Source: an uncultured Bacilli bacterium
GTDB taxonomy: Bacteria; Bacillota_I; Bacilli_A; RF39; UBA660
Assembly: GCA_934096715.1 (NCBI GenBank)
Contig: CAKOMQ010000003.1
Location: 5,721-69,720 of the forward strand
Length of the DNA: 64,000 nucleotides
Direction: 5' to 3'
Shown in pieces: positions 45,278 through 56,758 of this stretch. A program made the translations under genes and the position numbers. The notes under the pieces are model-generated. The model was not told where the DNA came from and did no database searches. It was given only the letters and a program-made list of their open reading frames with translations. Numbering within the stretch: position 1 is the first letter of the stretch; every line of letters begins with the position of its first letter.

Positions 45278-48200
45278 TTATTCTTCAGTATCTTCTATAT
45301 CATCATCAAGATCTAAAATATCTTCTGTTTCAATTGTAACATTGATAGCATCATTATCAGAATCTGCAAGTAATTCTTTTTCGATAGATTCACTAGCATC
45401 ATCATCAATTAATTCTTTTTCTAGTTCTAACTCAATATCACTATATTGTTTAGCACCAGTACCAGCAGGAATTAATTTACCAATAATAACGTTTTCCTTT
45501 AAACCACGTAAACTATCAACTTTACCACGCATTGCAGCATCAGTTAGTACTCTAGTAGTTTCTTGGAATGAAGCAGCTGATAAGAATGAATCTGTTTCAA
45601 GTGAACTCTTAGTAATACCTAACATAATAGGATTTCCTTTAGCAGGTACTCCACCAGTAATAATAACAGGTTTATTACCATTAATAAATTCTCTTAAACT
45701 AACTGTTAATCCTTCAACAAAATCAGTATCTCCAGCATCAACAATTCTTACCTTATTAATCATTCTCTTAACAATTATTTCAATATGCTTATCATTAATA
45801 TCAACGCCTTGTGATTTATAAACTTTTTGAATTTCTTTTAAGATATATTCTTGAGCTGTAAGTGGATCTGTAACAGCAAGTAATTCTTTAGGAGCAATAA
45901 CTCCATCTGTTAATGAATCTCCTGCTTCAACTGAATCACCAACCATAACTTTAACTTTCATATTATAGTTAGTTACATGATCTTTACAACCACTTTCGTT
46001 TTCTATTGTAATAGTATGTTTACCATTATTTTCTTCTATATTAATAACCTTACCAGAAATTTCTGAAACTGTTGCTTTAAACTTAGGAGTTCTAGCTTCA
46101 AACAATTCTTCAACACGTGGAAGACCTTGAGTAATATCGTCTCCACCTGCAACTCCACCAGTATGGAATGTTCTCATTGTAAGTTGGGTACCTGGTTCAC
46201 CAATTGATTGAGCAGCCATAATACCTACAGCTTCACCTGTTTCAACTAAGTTACCAGTAGCTAAGTTTCTACCATAACATTTTTGACATACACCATTCTC
46301 ACACTTACATGTTAGAACACTTCTAATTTCAATTTCTTTTAAACCAGCAGCTTGAATCTTACTAACGATATTTTCATTAATAAGTTCTCCAGCTTCAATA
46401 ATAACTTCTTTAGTTTCAGGATTAATAATCTTTTTAGCAGAATATCTTCCAAGAATTCTATCTGCTAAAGATTCAATTAATGAGTTATCTCTTTCATCAA
46501 TAAGTTCATGAACAGGAACTCCTTGAATACTTCCACAATCATGTTCTTTAACTATAATATCTTGAGCTACATCTACAAGACGTCTAGTTAAGTAACCAGA
46601 ATCTGCTGTACGAAGGGCTGTATCAGCAGAACCTTTTCTAGAACCATGTGTAGATAAGAAGAACTCAGACACTGATAATCCATCTATAAAGCATGACGTA
46701 ATTGGAACTTCCACTGTAGTACCATCTGGTTTAGCCATTAACCCACGCATACCAGCTAATTGAGTAAAGTTTGAAATTTTACCACGAGCACCACTATTCA
46801 TCATCATGAAAATTGGATTTTCAAAGTTATCTTTTGAAAGTTCAGCAAGTTCATTTTTAACTTCATCAGTAGCTTCTGACCATACTTTAATTACTCCATT
46901 ATATCTTTCAGTTTCCGTAATTAAACCACGTTTATGTTGTTTATTTAATTTTTCTACTTTTTCCTTAGCAGCTTCAATAATTTTATCTTTATTATCACTT
47001 CTAACAACATCAGCAGCACTTACTGTAATACCAGCAACTGTTGAAAATTTAAATCCTTGATCTTTTAACTTATCAAGCATTACTGATGTTTCAGTAGTCT
47101 TATATCTTTTAAATACTTGAGCAATTATTTGACCTAAAGTTTTTTGAATAAATGGTGTTACAAGTTCCATTTTACTTATTTCTTCAGGTATATTAGAACC
47201 CATTTCTAAGAAATATTTATTTGGAGTAATACCTTCAATATTTTCTTTAGTACCTTCATTTAAATATGGGAATGTATCAGGTAATATTTCATTAAATTTT
47301 AACTTACCTACTGTAGTAACTAAATATTTATCCATTTGAGTTTCAGTAAATAATTTGTGTTTAAATGATTTTACTGGTATAGCAATTCTTGTATGAAGAT
47401 CAATTTCTCTTCTTTCGTAATCCATTAAAGCTTCATTAGAATTCTTATATACTTTACCTTCATTCTTTCCACCTTTTTCTTCCATAGTTAAGTAGCAGTT
47501 ACCTAAAACCATGTCTTGTGAAGGTGTAACGATAGGTTTTCCATCTTTTGGATTTAAGATATTATTAGCACCAAGCATTAATATTCTTGCTTCTGCTTTA
47601 GCTTCTTCACTTAAAGGTACGTGAACAGCCATTTGGTCACCATCGAAATCGGCATTAAACGCAGTACATACAAGTGGATGCAGTCTAATTGCTTTACCAC
47701 CAACTAACTTTGGTTCAAATGCTTGAATACCAAGTCTATGTAGTGTTGGAGCACGGTTAAGCATTACAGGATATTCTGTTATAACATCTTCAACAACATC
47801 CCATACAACTTCATCTCTTGAATCAATTAATTTTTTAGCACCCTTGATATTGTGAGCAAGACCCCTTTCAACTAGGCCATGAATAACATGTGGCTTGAAT
47901 AACTCAATTGCCATTTCTTTTGGTAAACCACATTGATACATTTTAAGGCTTGGACCAACAACGATAACTGAACGTCCAGAATAGTCAACACGTTTACCAA
48001 GTAAGTTTTGACGGAAACGACCTTGTTTACCTTTTAGCATACTAGATAAACTCTTAAGTGGTCTATTAGAAGCTGCAGTTATACTTCTACCACGACGTCC
48101 ATTATCAAATAATGAATCTACTGCTTCTTGAAGCATTCTCTTTTCATTTTGAACAATTATAGTAGGAGCTCCTAATTCAAGTAATTTCTTTAAACGATTA

Positions 48201-48994
48201 TTTCTATTTATAATACGGCGATATAAATCATTTAAGTCACTTGTAGCAAATCTACCACCATCAAGTTGAATCATTGGTCTTAACTCTGGTGGAATAACAG
48301 GAAGTACTGTTAATACCATCCATTCAGGTTTATTACCAGATTCATAAAATGCTACTAAAGCATCTAATCTTTTAACTAATCTAATCTTCTTTTGACCATT
48401 ACTATTTTCAAGTTCCTTACGTACATCTTCTATTTCATGCTCTAAATCTACATTTTGTAGTAACTCTCTAATAGCTTCAGCACCCATACCTACTTTAAAA
48501 GTATTTCCATATTTTTCATAGTAAGTACGATATTCTTTATCAGATAACGTTTGTTTTACTTCTAAAGGAGCACTTCCTGGATCAATAACTACATAAGATA
48601 CGAAGTATAATACTTCTTCTAAGTCTCTTGGAGACATATCTAATACTAATCCCATTTTAGAAGGAACACCTTTGAAGAACCAAATGTGACTGCATGGAGC
48701 AGCAAGTTCAATGTGACCCATTCTTTCACGTCTAACTTTTGAACTAGTTACTTCTACTCCACACCTATCACAAACTACATTCTTATATCTAAGCCTTTTA
48801 TACTTTCCACAAGAACATTCAAAGTCTTTAGATGGTCCGAAAATCTTTTCACAGAATAATCCATCACGTTCAGGTTTTAATGTACGATAATTAATTGTTT
48901 CTGGTTTCTTTACTTCTCCATAAGACCAACTTCTTATTTTTTCAGGAGATGCAATACCTATTTTTAAACCTTTAAAATTACTAACATCTATCAT
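45278..48994 (-). CDS. rpoC: DNA-directed RNA polymerase subunit beta'
   Basis: 1238 aa with a zinc finger [23 protein letters not shown] and catalytic NADFDGD. The C-terminal tail is acidic. Confidence 0.97.
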   Translation of the reverse strand: MIDVSNFKGLKIGIASPEKIRSWSYGEVKKPETINYRTLKPERDGLFCEKIFGPSKDFECSCGKYKRLRYKNVVCDRCGVEVTSSKVRRERMGHIELAAPCSHIWFFKGVPSKMGLVLDMSPRDLEEVLYFVSYVVIDPGSAPLEVKQTLSDKEYRTYYEKYGNTFKVGMGAEAIRELLQNVDLEHEIEDVRKELENSNGQKKIRLVKRLDALVAFYESGNKPEWMVLTVLPVIPPELRPMIQLDGGRFATSDLNDLYRRIINRNNRLKKLLELGAPTIIVQNEKRMLQEAVDSLFDNGRRGRSITAASNRPLKSLSSMLKGKQGRFRQNLLGKRVDYSGRSVIVVGPSLKMYQCGLPKEMAIELFKPHVIHGLVERGLAHNIKGAKKLIDSRDEVVWDVVEDVITEYPVMLNRAPTLHRLGIQAFEPKLVGGKAIRLHPLVCTAFNADFDGDQMAVHVPLSEEAKAEARILMLGANNILNPKDGKPIVTPSQDMVLGNCYLTMEEKGGKNEGKVYKNSNEALMDYERREIDLHTRIAIPVKSFKHKLFTETQMDKYLVTTVGKLKFNEILPDTFPYLNEGTKENIEGITPNKYFLEMGSNIPEEISKMELVTPFIQKTLGQIIAQVFKRYKTTETSVMLDKLKDQGFKFSTVAGITVSAADVVRSDNKDKIIEAAKEKVEKLNKQHKRGLITETERYNGVIKVWSEATDEVKNELAELSKDNFENPIFMMMNSGARGKISNFTQLAGMRGLMAKPDGTTVEVPITSCFIDGLSVSEFFLSTHGSRKGSADTALRTADSGYLTRRLVDVAQDIIVKEHDCGSIQGVPVHELIDERDNSLIESLADRILGRYSAKKIINPETKEVIIEAGELINENIVSKIQAAGLKEIEIRSVLTCKCENGVCQKCYGRNLATGNLVETGEAVGIMAAQSIGEPGTQLTMRTFHTGGVAGGDDITQGLPRVEELFEARTPKFKATVSEISGKVINIEENNGKHTITIENESGCKDHVTNYNMKVKVMVGDSVEAGDSLTDGVIAPKELLAVTDPLTAQEYILKEIQKVYKSQGVDINDKHIEIIVKRMINKVRIVDAGDTDFVEGLTVSLREFINGNKPVIITGGVPAKGNPIMLGITKSSLETDSFLSAASFQETTRVLTDAAMRGKVDSLRGLKENVIIGKLIPAGTGAKQYSDIELELEKELIDDDASESIEKELLADSDNDAINVTIETEDILDLDDDIEDTEE

Positions 48995-51900
48995 TAAATC
49001 ACCTCATCACTTTCAATGTCTCCAGGAAATTCTAAATCATCTAAGTCAGTTTCTTCTTCCATAAATTCTTCTTCTTCTTTTAATTCTTCAAATGGAGTTT
49101 CATTTTCATCTATAGAAGATTCTTTATCTTGATTTACATCATTTATTTCTTCAATTCTAAAAGGAACATCATTATCTTCTTCTTCTAAATCTTTAAATTC
49201 TAGTACTTCATCATCATTATTAACTACTTGAACATCTAATCCTAAAGCTTGGAATTCTTTAACAAGTACTCTAAATGATTCTGGAACACCCGCTTGATTT
49301 ACTTCTTTTCCTTTAACAAGTGCTTCATATACTTTTACACGACCTACTATATCATCTGCCTTAACAGTAAGTATTTCTTGTAGTATGTGAGCAGCACCAT
49401 ATGCATATAATGCCCAAACTTCCATTTCACCAAATCTTTGACCACCAAATTGAGCTTTACCACCAAGTGGTTGTTGAGTTACAAGTGAATAAGGTCCAGT
49501 TGCACGCGCATGTAATTTATCATCAACCATGTGATGTAATTTAACCATATACATTACACCAACACTTATCTTATGATCAAATGGCTCACCAGTACGACCA
49601 TTGTATACAGTAGTTTTTCCATCTTCACTCATTCCTGCTTCTTTCATTTGCTCTTGAATTTCTTCCCAAGAAGCACTATCGAATACAGGAGTAGCAAAAT
49701 GAACACCTAATTTTTTACCAGCCATACCTAAGTGTAATTCTAGTATTTGTCCAATATTCATACGAGATGGAACACCAAGTGGGTTAAGCATTACATCTAC
49801 TGGTCTACCATCTGGTAAGTATGGCATATCTTCTTCTGGTAAAATAAGAGAAATAACACCTTTATTACCATGACGACCAGACATTTTGTCACCAACTTGA
49901 ATCTTACGTTTTTGAATAATGTAAACACGAATTATCTTAGACACACCACTAGGAAGTTCATCACTGTTTTCCTTAGTATATACTTTAACATCATGAACTA
50001 CTCCACCTGCTCCATGTTCAACACGTAAGGATGTATCTCTTACTTCACGAGTCTTTTCACCAAAGATTGCATGTAATAATTTTTCTTCACTAGTTAATTC
50101 TTGAACCCCTTTAGGAGTAACTTTACCTACTAAGATATCTCCTTCTTTTACTTCTGTACCAATTTTAATAATACCATCAGCATCTAAGTTCTTACGAGCA
50201 TCTTCACCAACGTTAGGTATATCTCTTGTAATTTCTTCTGGTCCAAGTTTAGTATCACGACAATCAATATCGTAGTGATCAATATGTAAAGATGTATAAA
50301 CATCATCTTTTACTAATCTTTCATTTAAGATAACAGCATCTTCATAGTTATATCCATTGTATGTCATAAATGCTACTGTCATATTTTTACCTAATGCAAG
50401 TTCACCTTTTTCAGTTGAAGGTCCATCTGCAAGTACTTGTCCTGTATGAACTTTATCTCCAACATTAACAAGTGGTTTATGATTTAAACTTGAAGATGCA
50501 TTAGTTCTTTCAAAGTTTGCTAAGTAATAAGTATCTTTATTATTAGCAGTTTTAACTATTATTTTTAATCCATCAGCATATTCTACTACACCATCAGCTT
50601 TACATACTACAGTACTTCCTGAATCACGAGCCGCAATCCATTCAACACCTGTACCAACAATTGGAGCTTCAGTTGTAAGAAGTGGAACTGCTTGACGTTG
50701 CATGTTTGATCCCATTAGAGTACGGTTGGCATCATCGAACTCTAAGAATGGAATACAACTTGTTGTAATAGATACAACTTGACTAGGTGCAACATCGATA
50801 TAATCAACCAATTCTTTCTTAATAAATACGTTATCACCATTATGACGTACTAAGATTTCATCATCTAAGATATTTCCTTTATCATCTTGATTAACCTTAG
50901 CTTGAGATATATATAAATCTCTTTCTTCATCAGCAGTCATATATACTATTTCACTAGTAATTACACCATCTTTAACTTTACGATATGGAGTCATTATAAA
51001 TCCATATTCATTAATCTTAGCATAACCAGCAAGTGATGTAATAAGACCGATATTTTGTCCTTCTGGTGATTCAATTGGACAAATACGACCATAGTGAGAT
51101 GAGTTAACGTCACGTACATCCATTCCAGCACGATCACGAGAAAGTCCACCAGGTCCTAAACTAGATAAACGTCTTTTATCTGTAAGTTCTGCGATAGGGT
51201 TAATTTGATCCATGAATTTAGAAAGTTGTGAAGAACCAAAGAACTCTTTTAGACTAGCTGTTACTGGACGAATATTGATTAATGTTTTTGGAGTAACATT
51301 TTCTAATTCTTGAGTAGTCATTCTTTCACGAATAACTCTTTCCATCCTTGCCATACCAGTTCTAAATTGGTTTTGAATTAATTCACCAACTTGTCTAACA
51401 CGACGGTTACCTAAATGATCTATTTCATCTGTTTCACCAATATTTTGATGTAGATTTAAATAATATGACACTGCTCCATATATGTCTGGAATAGTAAGTC
51501 TTTTTTCATCAACACTTGTATCAACACCAATAATTTTAACAGTTTTCTTTTTGTCTTCTTTATCTTCTACAAGTACTGTTTGAATCATATTATAGTCATC
51601 TAATTCCATATTAGTAAGACATTCTTTTAAATTATATCCATTTTTAAATACTTCTTTTAACTTACCTAATACTTCTTTATCAATTAAAGTACCCTTTTCA
51701 ATAACAATATCTCCATCTTTAATAGTTTCTGCTAAAATACATCCAAGTAGTCTATCAGTAACATTTAATTTCTTATTAAATTTATAACGACCAACTTTAG
51801 CTAAATCATAACGGAATCTGTCAAAGAATCTTGTTATTAATTGGTTTTTAGCACTATCTAAAGTAGCAGGTTCTCCCGGTCTTAATTTTTCATAAATTTC

Positions 51901-52602
51901 AATTAAGGCTTCATCAGTATTCTTAGTACTATCCTTTTGAATAGTATTCTTTAATAGTTCATTGTCTCCAAATAAATCTAGAATATCTTCATCACTTGAA
52001 AGTCCAATAGAACGTAAGAATGTTGTAACAGGAACTTTTCTAGTTCTATCAATTCTTACATACACTACATCTTTAGCATCTGTTTCGAATTCTAACCATG
52101 TTCCTTTATTAGGAATCATTTCTCCAGTTATAATTCTTCTACCATTTTTATCGATTTCTCTTTTATAATAAATAGAAGGACTTCTAACTAATTGAGAAAC
52201 AATAACTCTTTCTGCTCCATTTATAATAAATGTTCCAGCATCAGTCATTAAAGGCATGTCTCCTAGGAATATTTCTTGTTCCTTAACTTCACCTGTTTCA
52301 TGAATGAATACTCTAGCTTCAACTTTTAATGGTGCAGCATAGTTAACCATTCTTTCTTTTGCTTCTTTAACAGAATATCTAGGTTTATCGAAAGAGTATT
52401 CACCAAATTCTAGTGAAATATTTCCAGTAAATGATTCAACTGGAAAAAGGTCTTCGAAAACTTCTTTAATTCCATTTTCTAAGAAGTCTTGATAAGATTT
52501 TTTTTGAACTTCTAATAAATCATTAAGTTCAAGCGTGTTTTTAGTTTTTGCAAAACATCTTCTTTCACGGTAATCACCGAATTTTTGAGTCTTATAAGCC
52601 AC
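48994..52602 (-). CDS. rpoB: DNA-directed RNA polymerase subunit beta
   Basis: About 1200 aa of canonical RpoB. The likely start is GTG at 52602 (AGGGGTGA SD), 6 codons inside the ORF-track start. The TAATG stop/start overlaps rpoC. Confidence 0.95.
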   Translation of the reverse strand: MAYKTQKFGDYRERRCFAKTKNTLELNDLLEVQKKSYQDFLENGIKEVFEDLFPVESFTGNISLEFGEYSFDKPRYSVKEAKERMVNYAAPLKVEARVFIHETGEVKEQEIFLGDMPLMTDAGTFIINGAERVIVSQLVRSPSIYYKREIDKNGRRIITGEMIPNKGTWLEFETDAKDVVYVRIDRTRKVPVTTFLRSIGLSSDEDILDLFGDNELLKNTIQKDSTKNTDEALIEIYEKLRPGEPATLDSAKNQLITRFFDRFRYDLAKVGRYKFNKKLNVTDRLLGCILAETIKDGDIVIEKGTLIDKEVLGKLKEVFKNGYNLKECLTNMELDDYNMIQTVLVEDKEDKKKTVKIIGVDTSVDEKRLTIPDIYGAVSYYLNLHQNIGETDEIDHLGNRRVRQVGELIQNQFRTGMARMERVIRERMTTQELENVTPKTLINIRPVTASLKEFFGSSQLSKFMDQINPIAELTDKRRLSSLGPGGLSRDRAGMDVRDVNSSHYGRICPIESPEGQNIGLITSLAGYAKINEYGFIMTPYRKVKDGVITSEIVYMTADEERDLYISQAKVNQDDKGNILDDEILVRHNGDNVFIKKELVDYIDVAPSQVVSITTSCIPFLEFDDANRTLMGSNMQRQAVPLLTTEAPIVGTGVEWIAARDSGSTVVCKADGVVEYADGLKIIVKTANNKDTYYLANFERTNASSSLNHKPLVNVGDKVHTGQVLADGPSTEKGELALGKNMTVAFMTYNGYNYEDAVILNERLVKDDVYTSLHIDHYDIDCRDTKLGPEEITRDIPNVGEDARKNLDADGIIKIGTEVKEGDILVGKVTPKGVQELTSEEKLLHAIFGEKTREVRDTSLRVEHGAGGVVHDVKVYTKENSDELPSGVSKIIRVYIIQKRKIQVGDKMSGRHGNKGVISLILPEEDMPYLPDGRPVDVMLNPLGVPSRMNIGQILELHLGMAGKKLGVHFATPVFDSASWEEIQEQMKEAGMSEDGKTTVYNGRTGEPFDHKISVGVMYMVKLHHMVDDKLHARATGPYSLVTQQPLGGKAQFGGQRFGEMEVWALYAYGAAHILQEILTVKADDIVGRVKVYEALVKGKEVNQAGVPESFRVLVKEFQALGLDVQVVNNDDEVLEFKDLEEEDNDVPFRIEEINDVNQDKESSIDENETPFEELKEEEEFMEEETDLDDLEFPGDIESDEVI

Positions 52603-52708
52603 GATCTCACCCCTATACATAATATTTTAGTTTCTAAAAAAACAAATACGCCACCAATTTAAAATTTTAACATTATTTACCCGTGTAGTCAAGATTTTTC
52701 AATACTTT

Positions 52709-53305
52709 TTAACGTTTTTTGGCACAAAGAATAAAAAATCCCTTACTTTTTTTAATGATATCACAATCATAATGCTTTGATACTTCTCTTTGAATGCTTT
52801 CTGCACCTTGATTCTTTCTAATAACAAACCATAATTCTCCATTATCATTAAGTCTTTCCAATCCACCTAAAAGTATATTTAAAACAACTTGTTTTCCTGC
52901 TCTAATCGGTGGATTAGTAATGATTAAATCATATGTATTTGTAACATTAGAATATACATTACTAAGAAAAGAAGAAGCATCAACCTTATTTAACCCAATA
53001 TTCATTTTAGCTAAATGAACTGCTCTTTTATTAACATCAACCATATCAGTATGTACACCTAGTATTTTAGATAAAGTTATACCAATAAAACCATAACCAC
53101 ATCCTACATCTAGAATACTATTAATATTTTCGATATTATTAGATGACAAAAAGGTTTTAACTAAAAACAAGCTTCCATAATCAACTTCATTTTTAGAAAA
53201 AACTCCATTATCACTTTTAAACATAAAATCATATTCATTATAGGAAAATTTTATGTCTCTAAGTTCACTCTTTAAATTATCGTTATTAGTAAAATAATGT
53301 TCCAA
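52709..53305 (-). CDS. Class I SAM-dependent methyltransferase (YbxB/RsmC small-domain type)
   Basis: TTG start after a GGAGAAA SD. Motifs are NGVFSKNEVDYGS, DVGCGYGFIG and ITNPPIRAGK. Its position immediately upstream of rpoB matches Bacillus ybxB. Confidence 0.8.
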   Translation of the reverse strand: MEHYFTNNDNLKSELRDIKFSYNEYDFMFKSDNGVFSKNEVDYGSLFLVKTFLSSNNIENINSILDVGCGYGFIGITLSKILGVHTDMVDVNKRAVHLAKMNIGLNKVDASSFLSNVYSNVTNTYDLIITNPPIRAGKQVVLNILLGGLERLNDNGELWFVIRKNQGAESIQREVSKHYDCDIIKKSKGFFILCAKKR

Positions 53306-53363
53306 ATAGGTTTCTCCGTTCTTTCAAGAATTATTTTACCATATTTTTTTTAAGATTTAAACA

Positions 53364-53394
53364 GAAAAAAATGTCAAATTTTGATTATTTGACA
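53364..53394 (-). terminator. Terminator-like hairpin inside the 5' leader of the ybxB-rpoB-rpoC operon (possible attenuator)
   Basis: Minus strand: TGTCAAAT-aatcaaa-ATTTGACA followed by T7, between the promoter (53516-53488) and the SD. Confidence 0.5.
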
Positions 53395-53487
53395 CTTTAG
53401 AACATTTTGTCTACAAAAAATGTGTATTATTTAAAAAGAAACTGACTACGATTCCCAGCGGAACTAAACCAATTTCTTTATGTCTAA

Positions 53488-53516
53488 ATTGTACAAAATA
53501 ATTATTGTTATGTCAA
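53488..53516 (-). promoter_or_regulatory. Consensus promoter of the ybxB-rpoB-rpoC operon
   Basis: Minus strand: TTGACA (53516-53511), 17 nt, TACAAT (53493-53488). Confidence 0.65.
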
Positions 53517-53554
53517 ACATAATATAATTAATAATAAATAGGCCTTTCTGTAAA

Positions 53555-53706
53555 ATAAAAAGAAAACTCTATCAATTAAGATAGAGATTCTCACATTTTC
53601 GTTCGGGATAATTTATTGCTCGCACCACCCGAGAGCGAGAAACATTGTCGACCGGAATAATTTATTACTCGCACCATCCGGGAGCGAGAAACATTTTCTT
53701 TAATGC
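53555..53706 (-). ncRNA. Candidate ~150-nt small RNA with two tandem pseudoknot modules
   Basis: It has its own promoter (53741-53713). Two ~49-nt modules are each predicted to fold as an H-type pseudoknot (CUCGC/GCGAG plus CCGGA/UCCGG or UCGGG/CCCGA). The terminator is CTCTATC-TTAATT-GATAGAG followed by TTTTCTTTTTATTTT (53586-53551). Confidence 0.55.
53598..53697. repeat. Tandem direct repeat, 2 copies of ~49 nt (plus partial third start)
   Basis: Equivalent positions are 49 nt apart (for example CTCGC at 53619 and 53668). The copies are about 85% identical, and the differences cluster in one paired stem. Confidence 0.85.
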
Positions 53707-53712
53707 AATTTG

Positions 53713-53741
53713 AATATACAATAATTAATAGCGAATGTCAA
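53713..53741 (-). promoter_or_regulatory. Promoter of the candidate sRNA
   Basis: Minus strand: TTGACA (53741-53736), 17 nt, TATATT (53718-53713). Confidence 0.55.
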
Positions 53742-53810
53742 CATATACTCTAAAAATAAAATTATTAAATCCTTATATTAATATTATATGTAAATAATAT
53801 TCTTTATTAC

Positions 53811-54053
53811 TTAGAACATTTTATCTATATTATTTGGAACATTTCCCCCTACTACTTTACTAATTATTTTATCTTCTTGTTCCTTACTTACTTTTTTACC
53901 AGTCATATTACTTAAAGTACTTATAACTTCTCTCAATGTTTTTTCATCTTTCATATTACCATCTTGTAATTTTTTAGCAAGATCCATAATAGTATTTTTA
54001 TCTACCTTAGTTCTCTTTTCAACCTTCTTAAAAAAAGAATCATTTAAATTCAT
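53811..54053 (-). CDS. SpoVIF-like small protein (stage VI sporulation protein F family)
   Basis: Likely start MNLNDSFFKKVEKRTKV (AGGTGA SD). The pattern FFKKVEK.T.V....I..LAKKLQ..N.KDE.T.R.VI...S...GK.VSKE.EDKI resembles SpoVIF. Confidence 0.55.
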   Translation of the reverse strand: MNLNDSFFKKVEKRTKVDKNTIMDLAKKLQDGNMKDEKTLREVISTLSNMTGKKVSKEQEDKIISKVVGGNVPNNIDKMF

Positions 54054-54122
54054 AAGTATCACCTAGTAGTATTTTATGCAAGCAATTATTTTTTGACAAA
54101 GAAAAAATAGCCATTAAGACTA

Positions 54123-54911
54123 TTATCTACTTTCTCCGTTTCTAACTTCATCAATATCAGACATAAGACGCCTAGATTCTAAACCTTTATTTAATAATTC
54201 ATTATATTCCTGTAAAGTAATTATTTCCCAGTTTTTTAAATTAAGATAACTTTCTACTCCATATACTCCAGTATTTGCAGTAGGTAACCCTTCTTTTCTT
54301 CCTAATCTAGTTTTAGCATAGTAAATTTCATCATCACTAACTAATTTCTTTATAAGGATATTTTTATCAACAACATTAACTATATTTACAAAGTAATTTG
54401 TTTCACCTTTTTTTATAGTATGCCAGAATTTCACAAGATATTCATCATATTCTCCTACTAAAGTATAAGTACAATCATCACAAGTAACACATATTTTATC
54501 TTTAATACTAGGACGAATTCCCATATTAAACATTTCATGATATGCAGTACATGAATGAGTATAATTATGATATGTTTCTGGATGAGTGTCATTTAAATTA
54601 AAACTTATATCAAAAGATACAATATTATTAGAATTTAATTTTTCTATATATTCAAGACACGTTTTAACAAATGGCTCTTCACAAGCTATTTTAAAAGAAT
54701 GGATATCTGTATTCGCACCATCTATAGAAACAATTGCATCAGTATTATTATTGATTCCATAAGCATTTATACTTCTATCAAATTCTGCTACTATCTCATC
54801 AGTGACTTCTTTATTCCAAAGTTTCTTAGCTCCTTTAAAAATTAAGTTCTCAACATCCCTAATAACAGTATTAGATCGATCATATTTTAATCTTGTTTCT
54901 AAATTTTTCAT
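54123..54911 (-). CDS. Paralogue 1 of a four-member family of unknown function (ends ...VRNGESR)
   Basis: Likely start MKNLETRLKYD (GGAG SD). Shares LKYD, a TYD-like strand and the NYTHSCTAYH motif with paralogue 2. Confidence 0.55.
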   Translation of the reverse strand: MKNLETRLKYDRSNTVIRDVENLIFKGAKKLWNKEVTDEIVAEFDRSINAYGINNNTDAIVSIDGANTDIHSFKIACEEPFVKTCLEYIEKLNSNNIVSFDISFNLNDTHPETYHNYTHSCTAYHEMFNMGIRPSIKDKICVTCDDCTYTLVGEYDEYLVKFWHTIKKGETNYFVNIVNVVDKNILIKKLVSDDEIYYAKTRLGRKEGLPTANTGVYGVESYLNLKNWEIITLQEYNELLNKGLESRRLMSDIDEVRNGESR

Positions 54912-54949
54912 ATATATCTCCAAATATAGAAAAATAGTCATTATGACTA

Positions 54950-55729
54950 TTATCTACTTTCTCCTACTCTTCCTTCTTCACTTGATAGCATTACTGCTCT
55001 TGAAGCCATTATTTCAGCAATCTTTTCACTATATTCTAATTCATCTATTTTAATAAAATCTAATGAATCAATAAGTTTTTGAGCATATAATGCACCATCG
55101 TTAGCAGAAATAGAACTTACATTTTCAGGTAAAATACTTTTACTATATGATACTTTACCTTCATTAGAAATTTTTCTATAAACATTATTCTTACTATCAA
55201 CTGTTACAAGATCATCAAAAATTCCATGTTCATGAGTTAATTCAGAATGTTCAAGTTCTATTAAACTATCATTATATTTAGCAACTAATCTTTCATAAGT
55301 ATCATCAACTCTGTTATTAATAGTTTCAACTATTCTTGGAGTAACATATTCATAGAAAGAATAAGCACCAGTACATGAATGTGTATATTCACGTTCCATA
55401 TCACCATTATTAACTGTTAAATCATTTATAACTGAGTATTCAACTATTCCATTATCATGATTATTTTCATCATAAGTAAGACTAGCATTCATTTTGTCAT
55501 TCTTGTGAGTTAATTCTATTTTATGAGAACCAATTCCATACTCATACGCTTTTACAGTTGTTATACTAGTAGAACCAAAACTATTCTTAGTTTTAACAAA
55601 TTCTTCTCTTATTTGACGTGTTATACGGTCATTAGATATTTTCTTACTATACTTACCAATAACACTTTCTATTGCATCAGCAACTATATTTTTCTTATCA
55701 TATTTTAATTTTATATCAATATTTTCCAT
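54950..55729 (-). CDS. Paralogue 2 (ends ...GRVGESR)
   Basis: Likely start MENIDIKLKYD (GGGGGA SD). Contains ASLTYDEN and REYTHSCTGAY motifs. Confidence 0.55.
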   Translation of the reverse strand: MENIDIKLKYDKKNIVADAIESVIGKYSKKISNDRITRQIREEFVKTKNSFGSTSITTVKAYEYGIGSHKIELTHKNDKMNASLTYDENNHDNGIVEYSVINDLTVNNGDMEREYTHSCTGAYSFYEYVTPRIVETINNRVDDTYERLVAKYNDSLIELEHSELTHEHGIFDDLVTVDSKNNVYRKISNEGKVSYSKSILPENVSSISANDGALYAQKLIDSLDFIKIDELEYSEKIAEIMASRAVMLSSEEGRVGESR

Positions 55730-55762
55730 CTTTTTTTCCCCCTTCAATTAAAATACATCAAT

Positions 55763-55791
55763 ATAATAGCACATTTTTATCTATCTGTCAA
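55763..55791 (-). promoter_or_regulatory. Consensus extended -10 promoter for paralogue 2
   Basis: Minus strand: TTGACA (55791-55786), 17 nt, TATTAT (55768-55763), with TGC upstream. Confidence 0.65.
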
Positions 55792-55833
55792 GTTTTTGTA
55801 AATAGTAAACAAAAAGTAGACAACATTTACTTA

Positions 55834-56622
55834 TTATCTACTTGTTCTTCCTGTATCAATTCCTAAATTATTTAAAACATCATTATATTCGTTTTCATAG
55901 TCTCTAAAAGAAATTGGTGTATAATTTAAGCTAATTGCAAAATCATTTAAATATTCAATTCCTTTAAGTGAACTAGGCATTTCATCTTGAGTAGCATCAA
56001 CTTCTGCTTTCATGTATGAATCAAATAAATTATCATCTCTTACAATTGTCGTTCTTTTTAAGAATTCATCATCTTCTTCGTTATAAGTATATGCTTCTTC
56101 ACTTGAAGCATCACCTTCACTTTTAATAACAGTAAAACTTCTTAAACTATCATCATAAACAGCTTCCATAGAAGTACAATAAGATACACCATCATGAATA
56201 CCTTCTGTTACTAAAGATTCTATAGTTTTAGGAATTTTTGCATCATGGTACCCATAATTATGAACATAACGATTAGTTGTATAATCTTGAAACTTTTCAC
56301 CTATAATTTTTTTACAAAATTCAAGTATACATTCTACATTCTTGTCTTCTCCACGTTTTTCATCATAAGTAATAGTAATTGTTGTATCTAAATAATTAAT
56401 AGTTAAAGACATTCTTCTAGAATTTCCTTCATATGTATATGAATCATACGAATACTTAATATCCTTCTCAACTAGTATTTTTTCTTCTTCATCTTGGAAT
56501 CTATCAAGAATATGTTTCCTTATAACACATTCTGGCGTTCCACCTAATTTTCTTTTTATTTCTTTTTCAATTTCATTGAAATAAGTATGATTTTGATTTA
56601 ATTCTTGAGCATTCTTTTCCAT
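55834..56622 (-). CDS. Paralogue 3 (ends ...DTGRTSR)
   Basis: Likely start MEKNAQEL (GGGGGA SD). Contains ITITYDEK, NRYVHNYGYH and GDASSEEAYTY motifs shared with paralogue 4. Confidence 0.55.
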   Translation of the reverse strand: MEKNAQELNQNHTYFNEIEKEIKRKLGGTPECVIRKHILDRFQDEEEKILVEKDIKYSYDSYTYEGNSRRMSLTINYLDTTITITYDEKRGEDKNVECILEFCKKIIGEKFQDYTTNRYVHNYGYHDAKIPKTIESLVTEGIHDGVSYCTSMEAVYDDSLRSFTVIKSEGDASSEEAYTYNEEDDEFLKRTTIVRDDNLFDSYMKAEVDATQDEMPSSLKGIEYLNDFAISLNYTPISFRDYENEYNDVLNNLGIDTGRTSR

Positions 56623-56654
56623 AAATATTTCCCCCTTGCATATAAATCTTATAA

Positions 56655-56683
56655 ATAATAACACTTTTTTATAAATATGTCAA
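56655..56683 (-). promoter_or_regulatory. Consensus extended -10 promoter for paralogue 3
   Basis: Minus strand: TTGACA (56683-56678), 17 nt, TATTAT (56660-56655), with TGT upstream. Confidence 0.65.
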
Positions 56684-56758
56684 ATTTAACATACTTAAAA
56701 TCATATTAAAGTAACTAACTAAATAATAATATCATTTTACAATTAAATGTAATATAGT

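Noticed and set aside
45240-45821. 193-aa plus-strand ORF (Ser-rich), together with 46806-47060 and 51962-52168, lying inside rpoC and rpoB.
   Set aside because: They run antisense to unambiguous, full-length RNA polymerase genes. They are low-complexity S/L/I-rich translations typical of shadow ORFs, and they have no SD.
48994-49260. Long acidic C-terminal extensions of RpoB (and of RpoC at 45278-45430) as a novelty.
   Set aside because: Acidic C-terminal tails on RpoB are common in low-GC Gram-positives. The observation is real but not clearly unusual without a comparative analysis.
53598-53697. CRISPR array or type III toxin-antitoxin locus at the tandem repeats.
   Set aside because: There are only two near-complete copies with no unique spacers and no cas genes, so it is not a CRISPR array. 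The gene downstream is a SAM methyltransferase with its own promoter rather than a ToxN/AbiQ/CptN-like toxin. A canonical type III TA cannot therefore be called.
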